DNA from: Candidatus Woesearchaeota archaeon
GTDB taxonomy: Archaea > Nanobdellota > Nanobdellia > Woesearchaeales > JAZDKJ01
Length of the DNA: 64,000 nucleotides
Direction of reading: 5' to 3'
Assembly (NCBI GenBank): GCA_043803105.1
Contig: JAZDKJ010000008.1
Coordinates: 106,787-170,786 of the forward strand
In this document: in pieces, positions 51,658-62,800 of the stretch
Numbering within the stretch: the stretch's first letter is position 1
How the letters are laid out: each line of letters begins with the position of its first letter
Program-made: the position numbers and the translations under genes
The notes under the pieces: generated by a model
What the model saw: the letters and a program-made list of their open reading frames with translations, nothing else
Databases searched by the model: none
Told to the model about the DNA's origin: nothing

Positions 51658-52653
51658 ATGATCGTCCTCGGGATCGAAACGACCGCGCACACGTTCGGCG
51701 TGGCGCTGCTCGACGTGAAGAGCTTCTCAGAGAAGAGGGTGCTCTGCAACCTCCGCGACCTCTATACGACAGAGAAGGGTGGCCTGATCCCGAACAAGCT
51801 CGCGGAGCACCACGAGGAGGTCTGCGACGGCCTGTTGAAGAAGGCGTTCGAGCAGACTGGTTTGTCGATGAAGGACGTCGACCTAATCGCGCTCAGTAAC
51901 GCTCCGGGGCTTGGTCACGCGCTGAAGGTCGGTTCCTTGTTCGCTCGGAGCTTGGCTTTAGTTCATAAAAAACCGATAATTGGAGTTAATCATTGTATCG
52001 CTCATCTTGAGGTCGCTTCCTTGGTCACCGACGCGAAAGATCCCGTCCTCTTGTATTGTTCCGGCGCGAACACGCAGGTGATCGCGTACGACGGCGGCAA
52101 ATATAGGATTTTTGGCGAGACTCTCGATACCGGCATCGGGAATTTCCTCGACACGTTCGCCCGGGATCTCGAGCTCGGATTCCCTGGCGGGCCGAAAATA
52201 GAGAAACTTGCCCTCGACGGCAAAAAGTACATTCCTTTGCCGTATAGTGTGAAGGGGATGGACGTCGCGTTCTCAGGGATATTGACGCATCTCGAGCGGA
52301 AGCTCATCGGCAAGGAGAAGAACGAGGATATTTGCTTCTCTGTCCAGGAGACCGTCTTCGCGATGCTCGTCGAAGTGGCGGAGCGCGCGATGGCGCACTG
52401 CGACAAAAAGGAGCTCGTCCTCGGCGGCGGCGTTGCGTGCAACAAGCGGCTCCAGGAGATGTGCCGCCTCATGTGCGACGCGCGCGGCGCGACGTGCTAT
52501 GTGCCCGCGAACGAGTTCCTCGTCGACAATGCGGCGATGATTGCCTGGACTGGCTGGGTGATGCACGTCAAAGGAGGAATTTCTCACGACGCTGCGTCGC
52601 TCGAGATCCTGCCGTACGAGCGGACGGATGACGTTGACGTGACGTGGCGCTAG
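51658..52653 (+). CDS. kae1: tRNA N6-adenosine threonylcarbamoyltransferase Kae1
   Basis: LGIETTAHT, VNHCIAHLE, SGANTQ, GETLD, GFPGGP, VDNAAMIAW. Confidence 0.96.
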   Translation: MIVLGIETTAHTFGVALLDVKSFSEKRVLCNLRDLYTTEKGGLIPNKLAEHHEEVCDGLLKKAFEQTGLSMKDVDLIALSNAPGLGHALKVGSLFARSLALVHKKPIIGVNHCIAHLEVASLVTDAKDPVLLYCSGANTQVIAYDGGKYRIFGETLDTGIGNFLDTFARDLELGFPGGPKIEKLALDGKKYIPLPYSVKGMDVAFSGILTHLERKLIGKEKNEDICFSVQETVFAMLVEVAERAMAHCDKKELVLGGGVACNKRLQEMCRLMCDARGATCYVPANEFLVDNAAMIAWTGWVMHVKGGISHDAASLEILPYERTDDVDVTWR

Positions 52654-52676
52654 TTCTTGCGCGTTCTTTCTCTGTT

Positions 52677-52777
52677 CTGGCGTCACGGAGACTTACTGCT
52701 CCTTCGTCGCAGCAAATTGCGATTTTGACCCTGCATGAATCGGGTCAAAATCTGATTTTGCTCCAAGGTGACGCCAG
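52677..52777 (-). repeat. ~100-nt palindromic repeat, copy B (inverted)
   Basis: Same core; terminal stem CTGGCGTCAC/GTGACGCCAG. Confidence 0.9.
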
Positions 52778-52787
52778 TGAATGGTGT

Positions 52788-53033
52788 TCATGTCTGTTTC
52801 GGGAGGTCGCGTTCTTCCCTGAACGTCCCGACGGGCGTGTAGATGGTCACTTCTCGCGGCGTGTAGTTTGTTCCTCTGCGTTCGAGCAGGACATCGAGGC
52901 CACCGTTCGGGTTCTTGGCGCCGCGGACCATGACGAGCAGGCCTCCACCGTCGTCCATCGAGATGTCGTACTGTGCGTGGCGCAGATAGTCGATAATCAT
53001 CGGGAGCAACGTCCCGGGCTTCTTTTCAGTCAT
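52788..53033 (-). CDS. Small hypothetical protein
   Basis: MTEKKPG... with GGAG SD. Confidence 0.5.
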   Translation of the reverse strand: MTEKKPGTLLPMIIDYLRHAQYDISMDDGGGLLVMVRGAKNPNGGLDVLLERRGTNYTPREVTIYTPVGTFREERDLPKQT

Positions 53034-53188
53034 GGTTTTCTCTCCGCGGAAAGCCGCTTCCCTTGCTCGGCAGAACTCCTTAATATGCGTTCGCGAGAAA
53101 ATCTCGGGAGTATTTCGAGAAAAAGAACGAATATTTATTATCACTAGAGATTATTCGAGAACGTTCTTTCTTCTTCCGTTCCTTCTCT

Positions 53189-55264
53189 CTAATCCATCTT
53201 CTTGATTCGCGCGAGGACGTCCTGCTTGCCGGTCCAGTCGAGCGCCTGCTCGAGGACCTGGCTGAGCCGCTCTACGGGGATAATCTTGATCTTCTTCAGC
53301 TTCTCCTCGTTCAGGACGATGTCCTTCATGTTGCTCTGAGGGACGATGACGTACTCGATGCCTGCTTCGATGGCCGCCTCAACCTTTGCGGTGACGCCGC
53401 CAATCGGCAGGACCTCCCCTCTGACGCTGAGACTGCCGGTCATCGCGTAGTTCTGCTTGATCGGCACGTCGTTCAAGGCTGAGATGATGGTCGTCGCGAC
53501 GGCGATGCTTGCGGAGTCGCCCTCGACGCCTTCATACGTTTGGAGGAACTGGATGTAGATGTCGTGCTTCCCCTGCAGGTCTTCGCCAAAGATCTTCTTG
53601 ACGATGGCGCTCACGTTCGTGATCGCCTCCTTCGCGATCTCGCCGAGCTTTCCTGTCGCGACTATCTGGCTCTCCTTGCCGCCTGGCGTCACCTGGCTCT
53701 CGATCGGGAGGATGATGCCGCTGTACGTTGAGCCGCTGCCCAATACCGCCAGGCCGTTGACGCGCCCCACCTTCTTCCCTTTCGTGACTATGACATTGTA
53801 CTCGCGCTTCTGCTCGATGAACTTGTCGGCTATCTGCTGCTCCAGGCTGCGCGCGAGCTTCATGGCGCGCTCGACGTGACTGCGCGTCACGTACTCGCCA
53901 TTCTCCTCGACTGCGAGGTCGCCTGCCGCACGGACGATACCGCCAAGCTCGCGGAACCGGAGCGTGAGGCGTTGCTTCCTGTTCGCCCGCTTCCGCGCCT
54001 CCTCGATAATGGCTTCCACCGCCTCTCTCTTGAAATGCGGGATCTTGCCGTCCTTCTTGATCTCCTGCGCTATGAATCGGGCGATCTTCATCCTGTTCTC
54101 GGCGGTGTCAGGCATCGTCTCCTGCATATACACCTCGTAGCCGTAGCCGCGGATCCTGCTCCGCAGGGCGGGATGCATCCCCTTGACAGTCTCGAGATTC
54201 CCAGCCGCTACAAGGATGAAGTTGCACGGCACCGGCTCGGTCCTGACCATCGCTCCGGCGCTCCGCTCGGACTGGCCAGTTATCGCGTACTTCCCCTCTT
54301 GGAGGGCAGTGAGGAGTTCCTGCTGCGTGTGGGGTTGGAGTGTCGCGATCTCGTCGACAAAGAGTACCCCCATGTGCGCCTTGTGAATCATCCCCGCCAC
54401 TACGCGCTCGTGCGCCGGAGTGCCGAGGCCGCCTGACTGGAACGGGTCGTGGAGGACGTCGCCAAGCAGGGCTCCGGCGTGCGCTCCGGTCGCGTCGTGG
54501 AACGGCGCCTGCTTCCGGCCATAGTTGTCCACGATGATCTTCGGCGGGCTCACTCTTCCTTGGGTTCCCATCCGCTTGCTTAGGTTGACGCCCATCCCGA
54601 GGATGCTCAGCAAGAGTATCATGCCGAGCCCCGTGGAAGAGGACATGATGGCGCCTACGACTGCGCCGTATTTTTCGGTGAAGTGGGTGAACGTCCATAT
54701 CGTGATGATGCTGCCGAGGATGGCGAAGATGATGAATAGTATCGCGTTCTGGTTGGTGAAGACCGTGCCTGCACCGAGCTTCGACTGGAATACTATCTGG
54801 CGCCCATCTCCCGCTTTCACCGGCCGGATGAGTGGCTCGTTCTCGTCGTTCGGGTTCGGAAACGCCAAGAGGTCCACGAGCTTCTCCTTCGGAAGCATCT
54901 CCGCGAGCGCGAGTCCGAGCATCGACTTGCCTGTGCCTGGCTCGCCGATGAGGAGGACGTGCCTGCGCTGCCTGGAGGCCTTCTTGATTAACTCGACCGC
55001 CTCTTCCTGGCCGATCACCTGTCCTATGATGGCCTGCGGGACGTCGATCTCCTTCGTCGTGGAGAACATTGAGATGTCTGTTATAGCCTTCTTGGCCGAT
55101 AGCTTCGATTGTACCGGCACTCTTTTCGCGACCGTTTTCGTGACAGTCTTGACGACGGCCGTCTTCGTAGGCTTGCCGCTCTTCTGCCGAGAAGCCGCTT
55201 TTCTCTTAATCGTCTTCACGCTCTTTTTTGTCGCCACGCCCGTCACCAGTCCGTCGAAGAACAA
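53189..55264 (-). CDS. lonB: Archaeal membrane-bound Lon protease LonB
   Basis: GEPGTGKS, two TM helices, LFVDE, EGDSAS, GGVTAK; start uncertain. Confidence 0.96.
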   Translation of the reverse strand: MFFDGLVTGVATKKSVKTIKRKAASRQKSGKPTKTAVVKTVTKTVAKRVPVQSKLSAKKAITDISMFSTTKEIDVPQAIIGQVIGQEEAVELIKKASRQRRHVLLIGEPGTGKSMLGLALAEMLPKEKLVDLLAFPNPNDENEPLIRPVKAGDGRQIVFQSKLGAGTVFTNQNAILFIIFAILGSIITIWTFTHFTEKYGAVVGAIMSSSTGLGMILLLSILGMGVNLSKRMGTQGRVSPPKIIVDNYGRKQAPFHDATGAHAGALLGDVLHDPFQSGGLGTPAHERVVAGMIHKAHMGVLFVDEIATLQPHTQQELLTALQEGKYAITGQSERSAGAMVRTEPVPCNFILVAAGNLETVKGMHPALRSRIRGYGYEVYMQETMPDTAENRMKIARFIAQEIKKDGKIPHFKREAVEAIIEEARKRANRKQRLTLRFRELGGIVRAAGDLAVEENGEYVTRSHVERAMKLARSLEQQIADKFIEQKREYNVIVTKGKKVGRVNGLAVLGSGSTYSGIILPIESQVTPGGKESQIVATGKLGEIAKEAITNVSAIVKKIFGEDLQGKHDIYIQFLQTYEGVEGDSASIAVATTIISALNDVPIKQNYAMTGSLSVRGEVLPIGGVTAKVEAAIEAGIEYVIVPQSNMKDIVLNEEKLKKIKIIPVERLSQVLEQALDWTGKQDVLARIKKMD

Positions 55265-55377
55265 GCGGTCATTTTTAAAGGTAATGGAGGGAACTATCGG
55301 AAAATGACTGCCTGAACCGGAAGATTCACATAATTAACAGGGGCATGGTTATTAGACTGTTCATTCTCTTCTTACCT

Positions 55378-55743
55378 ATGCTCTCAGACAAGCATCTCAT
55401 CATCGTCGCGTTGACGCTCGCTCTTCTAGGTACGGGGGTGCTGTATATCCTTCTCTTGACCACAGAACTGCCTATCTCTGATCTGACTCTTGTGGATAAG
55501 AGCCACGAGACCGAAACAGTGCGTGTCGTCGGCCGCATCGAATCGGTCAGGCACGGCAAGAACAGCACCGTCACGATCCTGACAATCTCACAGCAGGTAG
55601 AGCGTACCGCCATCATCTTCGACGAGATAAACGTGACAAAAGGCCAAGTGATTGACACCGAGGGTGAGGTCCAAATGTATGAGGGCGAGCCGGAGCTGAT
55701 CATCCGACGTCTTGGCCCCGCGGATACAGGTGGTCCTTCGTGA
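55378..55743 (+). CDS. Membrane-anchored OB-fold protein
   Basis: N-terminal TM; VRVVGRI...EGEVQMYEGEPELII. Confidence 0.75.
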   Translation: MLSDKHLIIVALTLALLGTGVLYILLLTTELPISDLTLVDKSHETETVRVVGRIESVRHGKNSTVTILTISQQVERTAIIFDEINVTKGQVIDTEGEVQMYEGEPELIIRRLGPADTGGPS

Positions 55744-56951
55744 TTCCTATCATTCCCGTACTGCTCGCCTGCCTCCTCGGCTGCCTCGCCGGCATCGTCA
55801 CTGGGTTGTCGCCAGGAATCCACATCAACCTGGTGTCGGTGTTGGTCGTGGCGCTAGCGCCGGCGCTGCTGCAATATTTTCCGCTATTGGGCCTGGCATG
55901 TTTTATCATAACGATGAGCGTGACGCACACATTCCTCGACACGATCCCGTCCATATTCTTGGGCGCGCCGGACGACGCGACTGCGCTGGGAGTGTTGCCG
56001 GGTCATCGTTATCTGCTGAAAGGATGGGGCCTCATGGCGGTGAAATTAAGCGTGATTGGCTCGTTGGTGGCAGTGGTTTTGAGTGTTGTTCTGTTCCCTT
56101 TATTCGTTCTTATCATTCGTTTTAGTTATCCATTCTTCCAAGCGGTGATGGGCTGGCTCTTGCTCGCGATCATCCTATACATGGTGCTCCGCGACCGGTT
56201 GCGATGGTGGGCCGCGCTCGTCTTCATACTATCGGGCGTTCTGGGATTGGTGGTACTTAATATTCCTGGGCTCAAGAACCCGTTATTCCCTCTATTATCT
56301 GGACTTTTCGGCATCGCGACCTTGCTCTTCTCGTTGAACGAGACCTCGACCATCCCGCCCCAACAGGAGTCGCCTGACATCAAGGTGAAGACCGGAGTTG
56401 CTGTGAAGGCGCTCTCCGCAGGACAGATATCAGGGTTCCTGACCGCGATGCTGCCCGGTGTCGGGCCATCCATGGCCGCAGTGTTGTCATTGCAGGTCTT
56501 CAAGGACCTCGGCGACCACGGCTATATGCTGCTTCAGGGCTCAATCAATACGGTCAATTTTGTCTTGTCTCTCGCGGCGCTGCTCGTCCTGGACAAGGCG
56601 CGGAACGGCTCCATCATCGCGGTCCAACAGTTGCTTGAGAGCATCACGCTCGGTCACATCATGGTCTTCCTGGCCGTGACTGTGCTCTCTGCTGGCATCG
56701 CGCTGCTCCTGACGCTTTGGTTCGCCAGGATCTTCTGCCGACTGGTTTCTCTTGTCAATTATAGAGTATTAGTGCTAACAATCATTATTTTTATCATAGT
56801 GCTGACTCCTATTCTTTCAGGCTGGACAGGCCTCCTCATCCTCCTGACATCCACTTCCGTCGGCCTAATCCCGGCGACTGTCAAGTGCGCCCGCGTCCAC
56901 GCGATGGGATGCCTGCTGCTGCCGGTGCTGCTCTACTTCCTCGGAGGCTGA
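55740..56951 (+). CDS. TctA-family (DUF112) membrane protein
   Basis: TGLSPGIHINL, THTFLDTIPSIFLGAPD, VLPGH, ARNG. Confidence 0.9.
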   Translation: MIPIIPVLLACLLGCLAGIVTGLSPGIHINLVSVLVVALAPALLQYFPLLGLACFIITMSVTHTFLDTIPSIFLGAPDDATALGVLPGHRYLLKGWGLMAVKLSVIGSLVAVVLSVVLFPLFVLIIRFSYPFFQAVMGWLLLAIILYMVLRDRLRWWAALVFILSGVLGLVVLNIPGLKNPLFPLLSGLFGIATLLFSLNETSTIPPQQESPDIKVKTGVAVKALSAGQISGFLTAMLPGVGPSMAAVLSLQVFKDLGDHGYMLLQGSINTVNFVLSLAALLVLDKARNGSIIAVQQLLESITLGHIMVFLAVTVLSAGIALLLTLWFARIFCRLVSLVNYRVLVLTIIIFIIVLTPILSGWTGLLILLTSTSVGLIPATVKCARVHAMGCLLLPVLLYFLGG

Positions 56952-57006
56952 AAAATGAATAAATTTATATATTTGCACATATTACACTTGTTTTCGAGGT
57001 GTTCCT

Positions 57007-57282
57007 ATGGTGACGATGACCTTGGCGGTACCGCCAGAGTTGAAGACGCGGATGGATGCTCGTCCGGAGATCAACTGGAGCGCGGTCGCGCGGCAGGCGT
57101 TCGAGCGGCAGCTCCAGGATATGTCGGACCTAGAGTTCTTCCGCAAGCTCCAGGAGAAGAGCACCATGACGGAGCAGGATGCCTTGGAACTCGGCAAGTT
57201 AGTCAACAAAGGGATGGCGGAACGCTATCGTGCGTTATCGACGCAAATGTCCTCTTCGCGGCGCTCATTCGGCAAGGGCTGA
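57007..57282 (+). CDS. RHH-type antitoxin (VapB-like)
   Basis: MVTMTLAVPPELK.RM...PEINWSAVARQA; GAGGTG SD. Confidence 0.8.
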   Translation: MVTMTLAVPPELKTRMDARPEINWSAVARQAFERQLQDMSDLEFFRKLQEKSTMTEQDALELGKLVNKGMAERYRALSTQMSSSRRSFGKG

Positions 57283-57638
57283 CGACGGGCTTGTTGGGTG
57301 ATGAGCGTCTCTCGTTGTATGCGCCGGAATATCTTGTGGAAGAGTTCCAGCGCCATTATGCGCTCATCCTCAAGAAAAGCGGCCTTACTGATGATGAGTT
57401 CTCAGCGCTCCTTTCACGAATCAACACGCGGATACGGTTCGTGCCCGCACGAGAGATAGTCTCCTGGATGCCTCTTGCCGAGCAGATCTGCCCTGATTAC
57501 GATGATGTCCATTACTTCGCGCTCTGCCTCGCCAAACGTCTGCCGCTCTGGTCGAACGACACGGCCTTGAAGAGACAGGATGCGGTGACTGTCCTGACCA
57601 CGGACGAAATCTCGGTGCTGTTGACCTCTCTGGAGTGA
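57231..57638 (+). pseudogene. PIN-domain toxin (VapC-like) lacking a proximal start codon
   Basis: VIDANVLFAAL, EE, DYDD.HY.AL, LWSND; no ATG/GTG/TTG in frame near the domain start. Confidence 0.6.
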
Positions 57639-57688
57639 GGACGTAATGGAAAGCAATATAAGGCGGTCGCGCGTTCCCTTCTTTTTTA

Positions 57689-59284
57689 ATGAGACCCATT
57701 CTTGAAGGACGGACCCTCGCTGTCATCAACGACCTGAGCCTGGACGAGATTGTCTGGCTTCACGGTAAGACTCGAGAACTGAAAGAGGCTCGGGAGCGCA
57801 AAGATGCCCCTGCTCTCGCCCGTTTCCGGATTGACGACCTTTTCTACGGCCTCTACGAGGTCTTTCTCGAGGACAGCACACGGACGAAGGAGAGCTTCAA
57901 GAACGCTGCGGCTTTCCACGGCATCAAGCATCAGCTCTTGGATGTCGGCAGTTCCAGCATCAACAAGAACGAGAGCTACGCCGACACGTTCCGGACGCTC
58001 ATCGGCTACGACAATCAGGTCTTCGTAGTCCGGTCGAAGCTCGAAGGGGTCTGCCGCTGGCTGCAACAGGTCGGTGAGGAGTACGCAGCGTTCCACGGTC
58101 TCGGATTCGTCCCTGTCTTCCTCAATGCAGGTGACGGAAAGCACGAGCATCCGACGCAAGAGCTGCTGGATGAGTTCACCTTGCTAGAGGACCAGTCCTG
58201 GGATCGGTCGCATCTCCATGTCGCGCTCGTCGGCGATCTGCTGAACGGCCGGACCGTGCACAGCAAGGCAGACGGCCTCAGGATCTTCAAAGAGGTGAAG
58301 GTCGATCTCGTGGCGCCATCTGACTTGGCGATGCCCACCGCATATGTCGAACGGATGCGCGAGAACGGATTCGAAGTCCGGCTCTTCGAGTCAATCCAGG
58401 AGTATCTTGCTTGCGACGACAAGGCTGCCCGATGGTACTTCACCCGCGATCAATTGGAACGGATGCCGGACGAGATGAAATCAAAAGTGGCCCGTTTGCG
58501 GGAGATGACGAAGTTCAAGGAAGAGTATGCTTCTCGCTTGGCTTACGGAACGCGGTTCTACCATCCCTTGCCGATGAACAAGGAGTGGCCCGAAATCCCG
58601 GTTTCCTTGGGCAGGACGCCGTTGAACGGCTGGGAACGCCAGAGTCACAACGGCTACCTGAAGAGGATAGTGTTGCTCGCCGCCGTCGCCGGGAAGATTG
58701 GTCACGATTTCGACGGAGAATCGTTCACGTCACCCACCTTCGACTACAGCTTCGTCAAAGAGGTCGCTGCTGGCGGCACGCCGAAGGATTATTCGAAAGA
58801 GGAGGACTCGGAAGGGATTAAGGAAATCCGTGACGGCATCGTGCTGGACAAGATCTGTGTCGACGAACCGAAACGAGCAATCACGGCGTACGTCAACCGT
58901 GTCGTCCGGATTATGGGATTCGACGACATGACACACTTTAGCGGCCCGACGAACAGCAAGAAGACCGGAAAGACTAAGGGATACATATCCATTCCCAACC
59001 ATGCGCCGCTCTCGCCGGAGAGCAGCGAGGTCCATAAGCTCGCGGCCCTGGCGCTCGGATGCACAGTCAATGTCATCAAGGATGGCCGGGTCGTCACCAA
59101 GATCCGGCTCTCTCAGCCCCCGCGCATCTACGACTTCGATGAGCTCGCCTGTCCGAACGAAGCCTGCATTTCGCATCCGGACAATCATGAAGGGATTAAG
59201 GCCGAATTCCTCCGTCGTGGAGAGGGCTTCGACTGCAAGTATTGCGACACGCACCACTCCTACCAGCAGCTCTGGCGACGGTGA
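57689..59284 (+). CDS. pyrBI: Fused aspartate carbamoyltransferase catalytic/regulatory subunit
   Basis: EDSTRTKESF, HEHPTQELLD, GDLLNGRTVHS, YHPLP; C-terminal CPNEAC and CKYCD. Confidence 0.93.
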   Translation: MRPILEGRTLAVINDLSLDEIVWLHGKTRELKEARERKDAPALARFRIDDLFYGLYEVFLEDSTRTKESFKNAAAFHGIKHQLLDVGSSSINKNESYADTFRTLIGYDNQVFVVRSKLEGVCRWLQQVGEEYAAFHGLGFVPVFLNAGDGKHEHPTQELLDEFTLLEDQSWDRSHLHVALVGDLLNGRTVHSKADGLRIFKEVKVDLVAPSDLAMPTAYVERMRENGFEVRLFESIQEYLACDDKAARWYFTRDQLERMPDEMKSKVARLREMTKFKEEYASRLAYGTRFYHPLPMNKEWPEIPVSLGRTPLNGWERQSHNGYLKRIVLLAAVAGKIGHDFDGESFTSPTFDYSFVKEVAAGGTPKDYSKEEDSEGIKEIRDGIVLDKICVDEPKRAITAYVNRVVRIMGFDDMTHFSGPTNSKKTGKTKGYISIPNHAPLSPESSEVHKLAALALGCTVNVIKDGRVVTKIRLSQPPRIYDFDELACPNEACISHPDNHEGIKAEFLRRGEGFDCKYCDTHHSYQQLWRR

Positions 59285-59361
59285 TGGGAAGACAGAAGGT
59301 ATATCACTTCTAAGTGGTAAAAATAGAAAGGTTTATAAATTATCATTCTCTACCATCCTAA

Positions 59362-59877
59362 ATGGGAAAGATACGGACAGCGTTGGGTGTTAGTGCTTTA
59401 TCGGCCTTCCTACTCACTTGTGCACCTCAGCCCCCTGTTCAACGTGAGGCGACCATCGAGCAACGCGTCAAAGACGAGCTAAATCTTTCAGACTATCTCC
59501 AGAAGGAGCTCGATACAGTCAAGAAAGGCCAGGCGGCGCTCTATTTCGGCGCCAACTGGTGCAAATCCTGCAAGGAATTCGGCCCTACAATCAAAGAGTC
59601 TGCCCGTCTTCTTGGCATCGACCTTCTGGTTGCGGATTACAGCGAACTTCCGCGGATCTTCGAGCCATATTCCGCGACGCTGAAGAAGAACGGAATCGAC
59701 CCTGCCAAAGTCGTCTTTCCAGCCATCCTAATCAGGACTAAGATGAAAGGGTATGAATTGTATATCGGCGGTGGATTCGAAGACAGTGACCCATACATGG
59801 TCGCTTCAGACGGACGGCATACTCCGCTCCGCGAGATCTTCGGCCGCGTCAGCAAGTCGCGACCATCTGGTCGATAG
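59362..59877 (+). CDS. Exported thioredoxin-like protein
   Basis: Signal/lipobox LLTC; FGANWCKSC; VFP cis-Pro. Confidence 0.75.
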   Translation: MGKIRTALGVSALSAFLLTCAPQPPVQREATIEQRVKDELNLSDYLQKELDTVKKGQAALYFGANWCKSCKEFGPTIKESARLLGIDLLVADYSELPRIFEPYSATLKKNGIDPAKVVFPAILIRTKMKGYELYIGGGFEDSDPYMVASDGRHTPLREIFGRVSKSRPSGR

Positions 59878-62800
59878 TCGGCCCTTTTGCCATATCGATA
59901 CGGCCATACTCGGCTTCGCACGGGACCTGGCTGTAATAATCCGTTGAAAAAGTGGCCCTTATTTTCTGGTCTGTCATCCCGGCTTTGGTGATGAGATCCG
60001 ACTGCAAAGAACATAACTCGAACGCCTCATTATCTGTTAAGTCCTTCATGATAGAGGGCGTGGTGCCGGATTCGCCATCCACGCACCTCTTGCAGACCGG
60101 ACCGCAGGGCGCGAAGGCGATGTCAGTCGGGGTCTGGTCGCTCGTCGTCCCTATTTTGCTCTTCGGCCGCAGGACGAGGAGATATTTGTGTTTGTCAGAC
60201 TCTCCATTCTCGAGTTCAGTCATATCGATAAGCGCAGTCACATCGAAATATATGTGCTCGGGACTTGTGAGTTTGGGATTGATGTCGCCAGTCCACAAAT
60301 CCACTGTTCCGAGAGCCCCTTGGCCTTTTGACCAGCTGATTCCGACATTCTCTTTCGCTGCGAGCATCGTATTTTGATCCGCCAACAAGACGCTTCGGCG
60401 CAGCTCCTCTGGCGTCTTTGACGTCTCATAGGTGGCGAACGCACGATATTCAGAAATTGCATATGCAGCATCTACATTTTTCTTGCTGGAGTAGGCACTA
60501 ACGAGACGCATCGGCTGCTGGTCCGGCTTAGTCGACTCAAAAACAATCGTGACGACCTGGTTCGCCGGCGTTGTCACCGTCGTGCTGTCGACGGCATTCC
60601 CTGTAATCGTCGCTCCGCCGACCTTGTTCGTTGATTGCTGTGTCGACGTCTTGTTGGGAGCCGTCGCCTTCTTTTCCTTGACCGTGATGCTGTGGTATGG
60701 GCCGTGGCCTCTTGTTGCGTGTGTGGCGTCGAAGTCTATCACGAGATCGCCGTCAGGGTAGTAACTGTTGAGTACGAAGCCTTCAGTGAACTTGTTCGGC
60801 ACGGAGAGCAGCTTGACAGTCCATTTCGAGTTGTTATATACAGTCTTGAATCGGCTTATCACTTTTCCATCATGGGTCGTCGAGTATTCCCTTTCGAACG
60901 CTCCTGCTGGCTTCGTGAGAGTGATGGAGGAAGCGAAGGTTTCGTCCGACCTGACCACAACATCCGCGGTGAATCCTTGGTTCGTACGGCCTTTAGAGCT
61001 GCTGCCGATAATCTCGAACGGTGCAGTCGCCGTCGGACTAAGTGCTAACGTTATGAATGCTGGCTCCACAATCGTTGTCTTGAGCGCGGTGCTCGAGATG
61101 AATTTCGTCCCTTTCACGTATGCGAGCGTCTTGTTGGGGAAGAGCGTGCTAATCTCTCCGGCTGCGCTGCAGTACGCGAAGTCGGCTGGGCCGAGGAATG
61201 CGCGCGTCGGCTGGAGCGAGTCGCTGATCTCTAACTTCGTGCTTTCGCGGAAGTCCGCACTCAATAGCTGGATACTGCCGGCGGCGCACGCAGCGACCGG
61301 AATGGTTCGTGTGGCGTCGGACGCGTAGCTGAGCGAGACCGTGACGGGTTTCCCTGCTTGCGGGATTGTTGTCGTCCAGAAACCATACTGGAGCATCTCC
61401 GCAGCCTCGTTGTATGGGAGGTGTTGTGTCATGATGCGTGTCGCGCCCGTCACCTCGAGCGAGAGGATGGTCTCCTTGTTCGTGCCTGCACTCGTTTTCT
61501 TGTAGAGATTGATGGTGCCGGTCGTTCCTTTCGGGAAGAACAGGTAGGCGCCGCATTTTCCGAGCGAGTTTGAGTATTCGTAGTTGATTGCCGCATCACC
61601 CGAGAGGGTGCCTGCGAGCTTGTTCGTCGTGGCTTGCCGTAGGCAATAGACATCGTAGCTCTTGATTTCGGTGAACCCGTTCTGCGGAACTGACTTTCCG
61701 CCATTGAGATAATACCACTGCATGTAGTTGATGACGGGGTAGTTGTTGAAGAGGCGTGCTTGCAGCTCGAACATTCTGCTAAGATGTCCTCCAGGAGGGA
61801 TTTCGGCTTTCTGTATCTCGTCCGTGATTTTCAGCAGAACGAAGCCCGTGTTGGTCTCGCCGTCCTTGATGTTGTAGACCACGCCGTCCTTTATTTTGTC
61901 GAACGGGGCCTCGCCGAGGTTCTTGCCGAGACTCTGCGCGGGAGTGGTTGATTGTCCTTGCTTTGGTGTTCCGCCGGATGATGTCGCGATTGTTGGTATG
62001 TTGATGGGTTGTGATGCGCCGCCATGAGTGCTGTCGCACTGGCCTTCGTTGCTCATGCTCGTCAGCGCGGCCGTCTGGTAGCCGTCGCTGGTCGCGATTG
62101 CTTTGACGAAGTTGTCGTACTCGGTCTTGTTCGAGTTATTTAGCCTGACGAGATAGTTCTCCACGATGTTCGGTTGGAATGGGAATAGGAAGACCTTCGG
62201 ATGTTGCGCGTCCTCCGGAAGCGTCATCGACAGCTTCTTCCCGCTCGCCAGCTTGTCGCACGTGATGATCCAGCGGAGCGGCTCCTCGACATCTTTCCCG
62301 TCGACCTTCTTCGTGTAGGTGAGGATGCTTCCGGAATCGATGAAGCCGATGAGGCAGTATTTCGGCAGCTCTGTCGTCCCTTTCGTTACTGTGAAGGTGA
62401 ATTCGCACGTTCCGCCCGGCTTGCACTGCGCCGCCTGCGTGATCTTGCTGTTGGTGCCGCACTGGTAGTCCTTGTCGGGGGCGGGAGTCGTAGTCGTCGG
62501 CAGGGCTATCGGAGCCGTTGCAGGGCTGGGCTGTCCGCAGTAGACCTGGATGAAGCGAGGCTGGTCGTCCTGGGAATATCCGATTGCGTAGTATTGCTCT
62601 GGCCCGTCGGCGCAGGACGGCTCAGAAACGTAGGTGACCTTGAGCAAGGCTGCTCCAGCTTCGGAACCACTGGTTGTCATGTATAGATTGTCCTTCCCAA
62701 ACTTCTTGCCGCAGAGCGTCCAGGCGTCAGTGGTCTCAGTCGCTAGAATCGCGGGATTCCCCTCTTCGCCGACCAACTCCAATGTCTTGGCGTTGGCGCT

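Noticed and set aside
49450-52768. Inverted 53-bp repeats as ends of an autonomous transposon
   Set aside because: No transposase inside, the segment includes the essential kae1, and each copy has its own closing stem.
56955-57230. N-terminal extension of the 227-aa PIN ORF
   Set aside because: Overlaps the antitoxin gene out of frame and has shadow-like composition.
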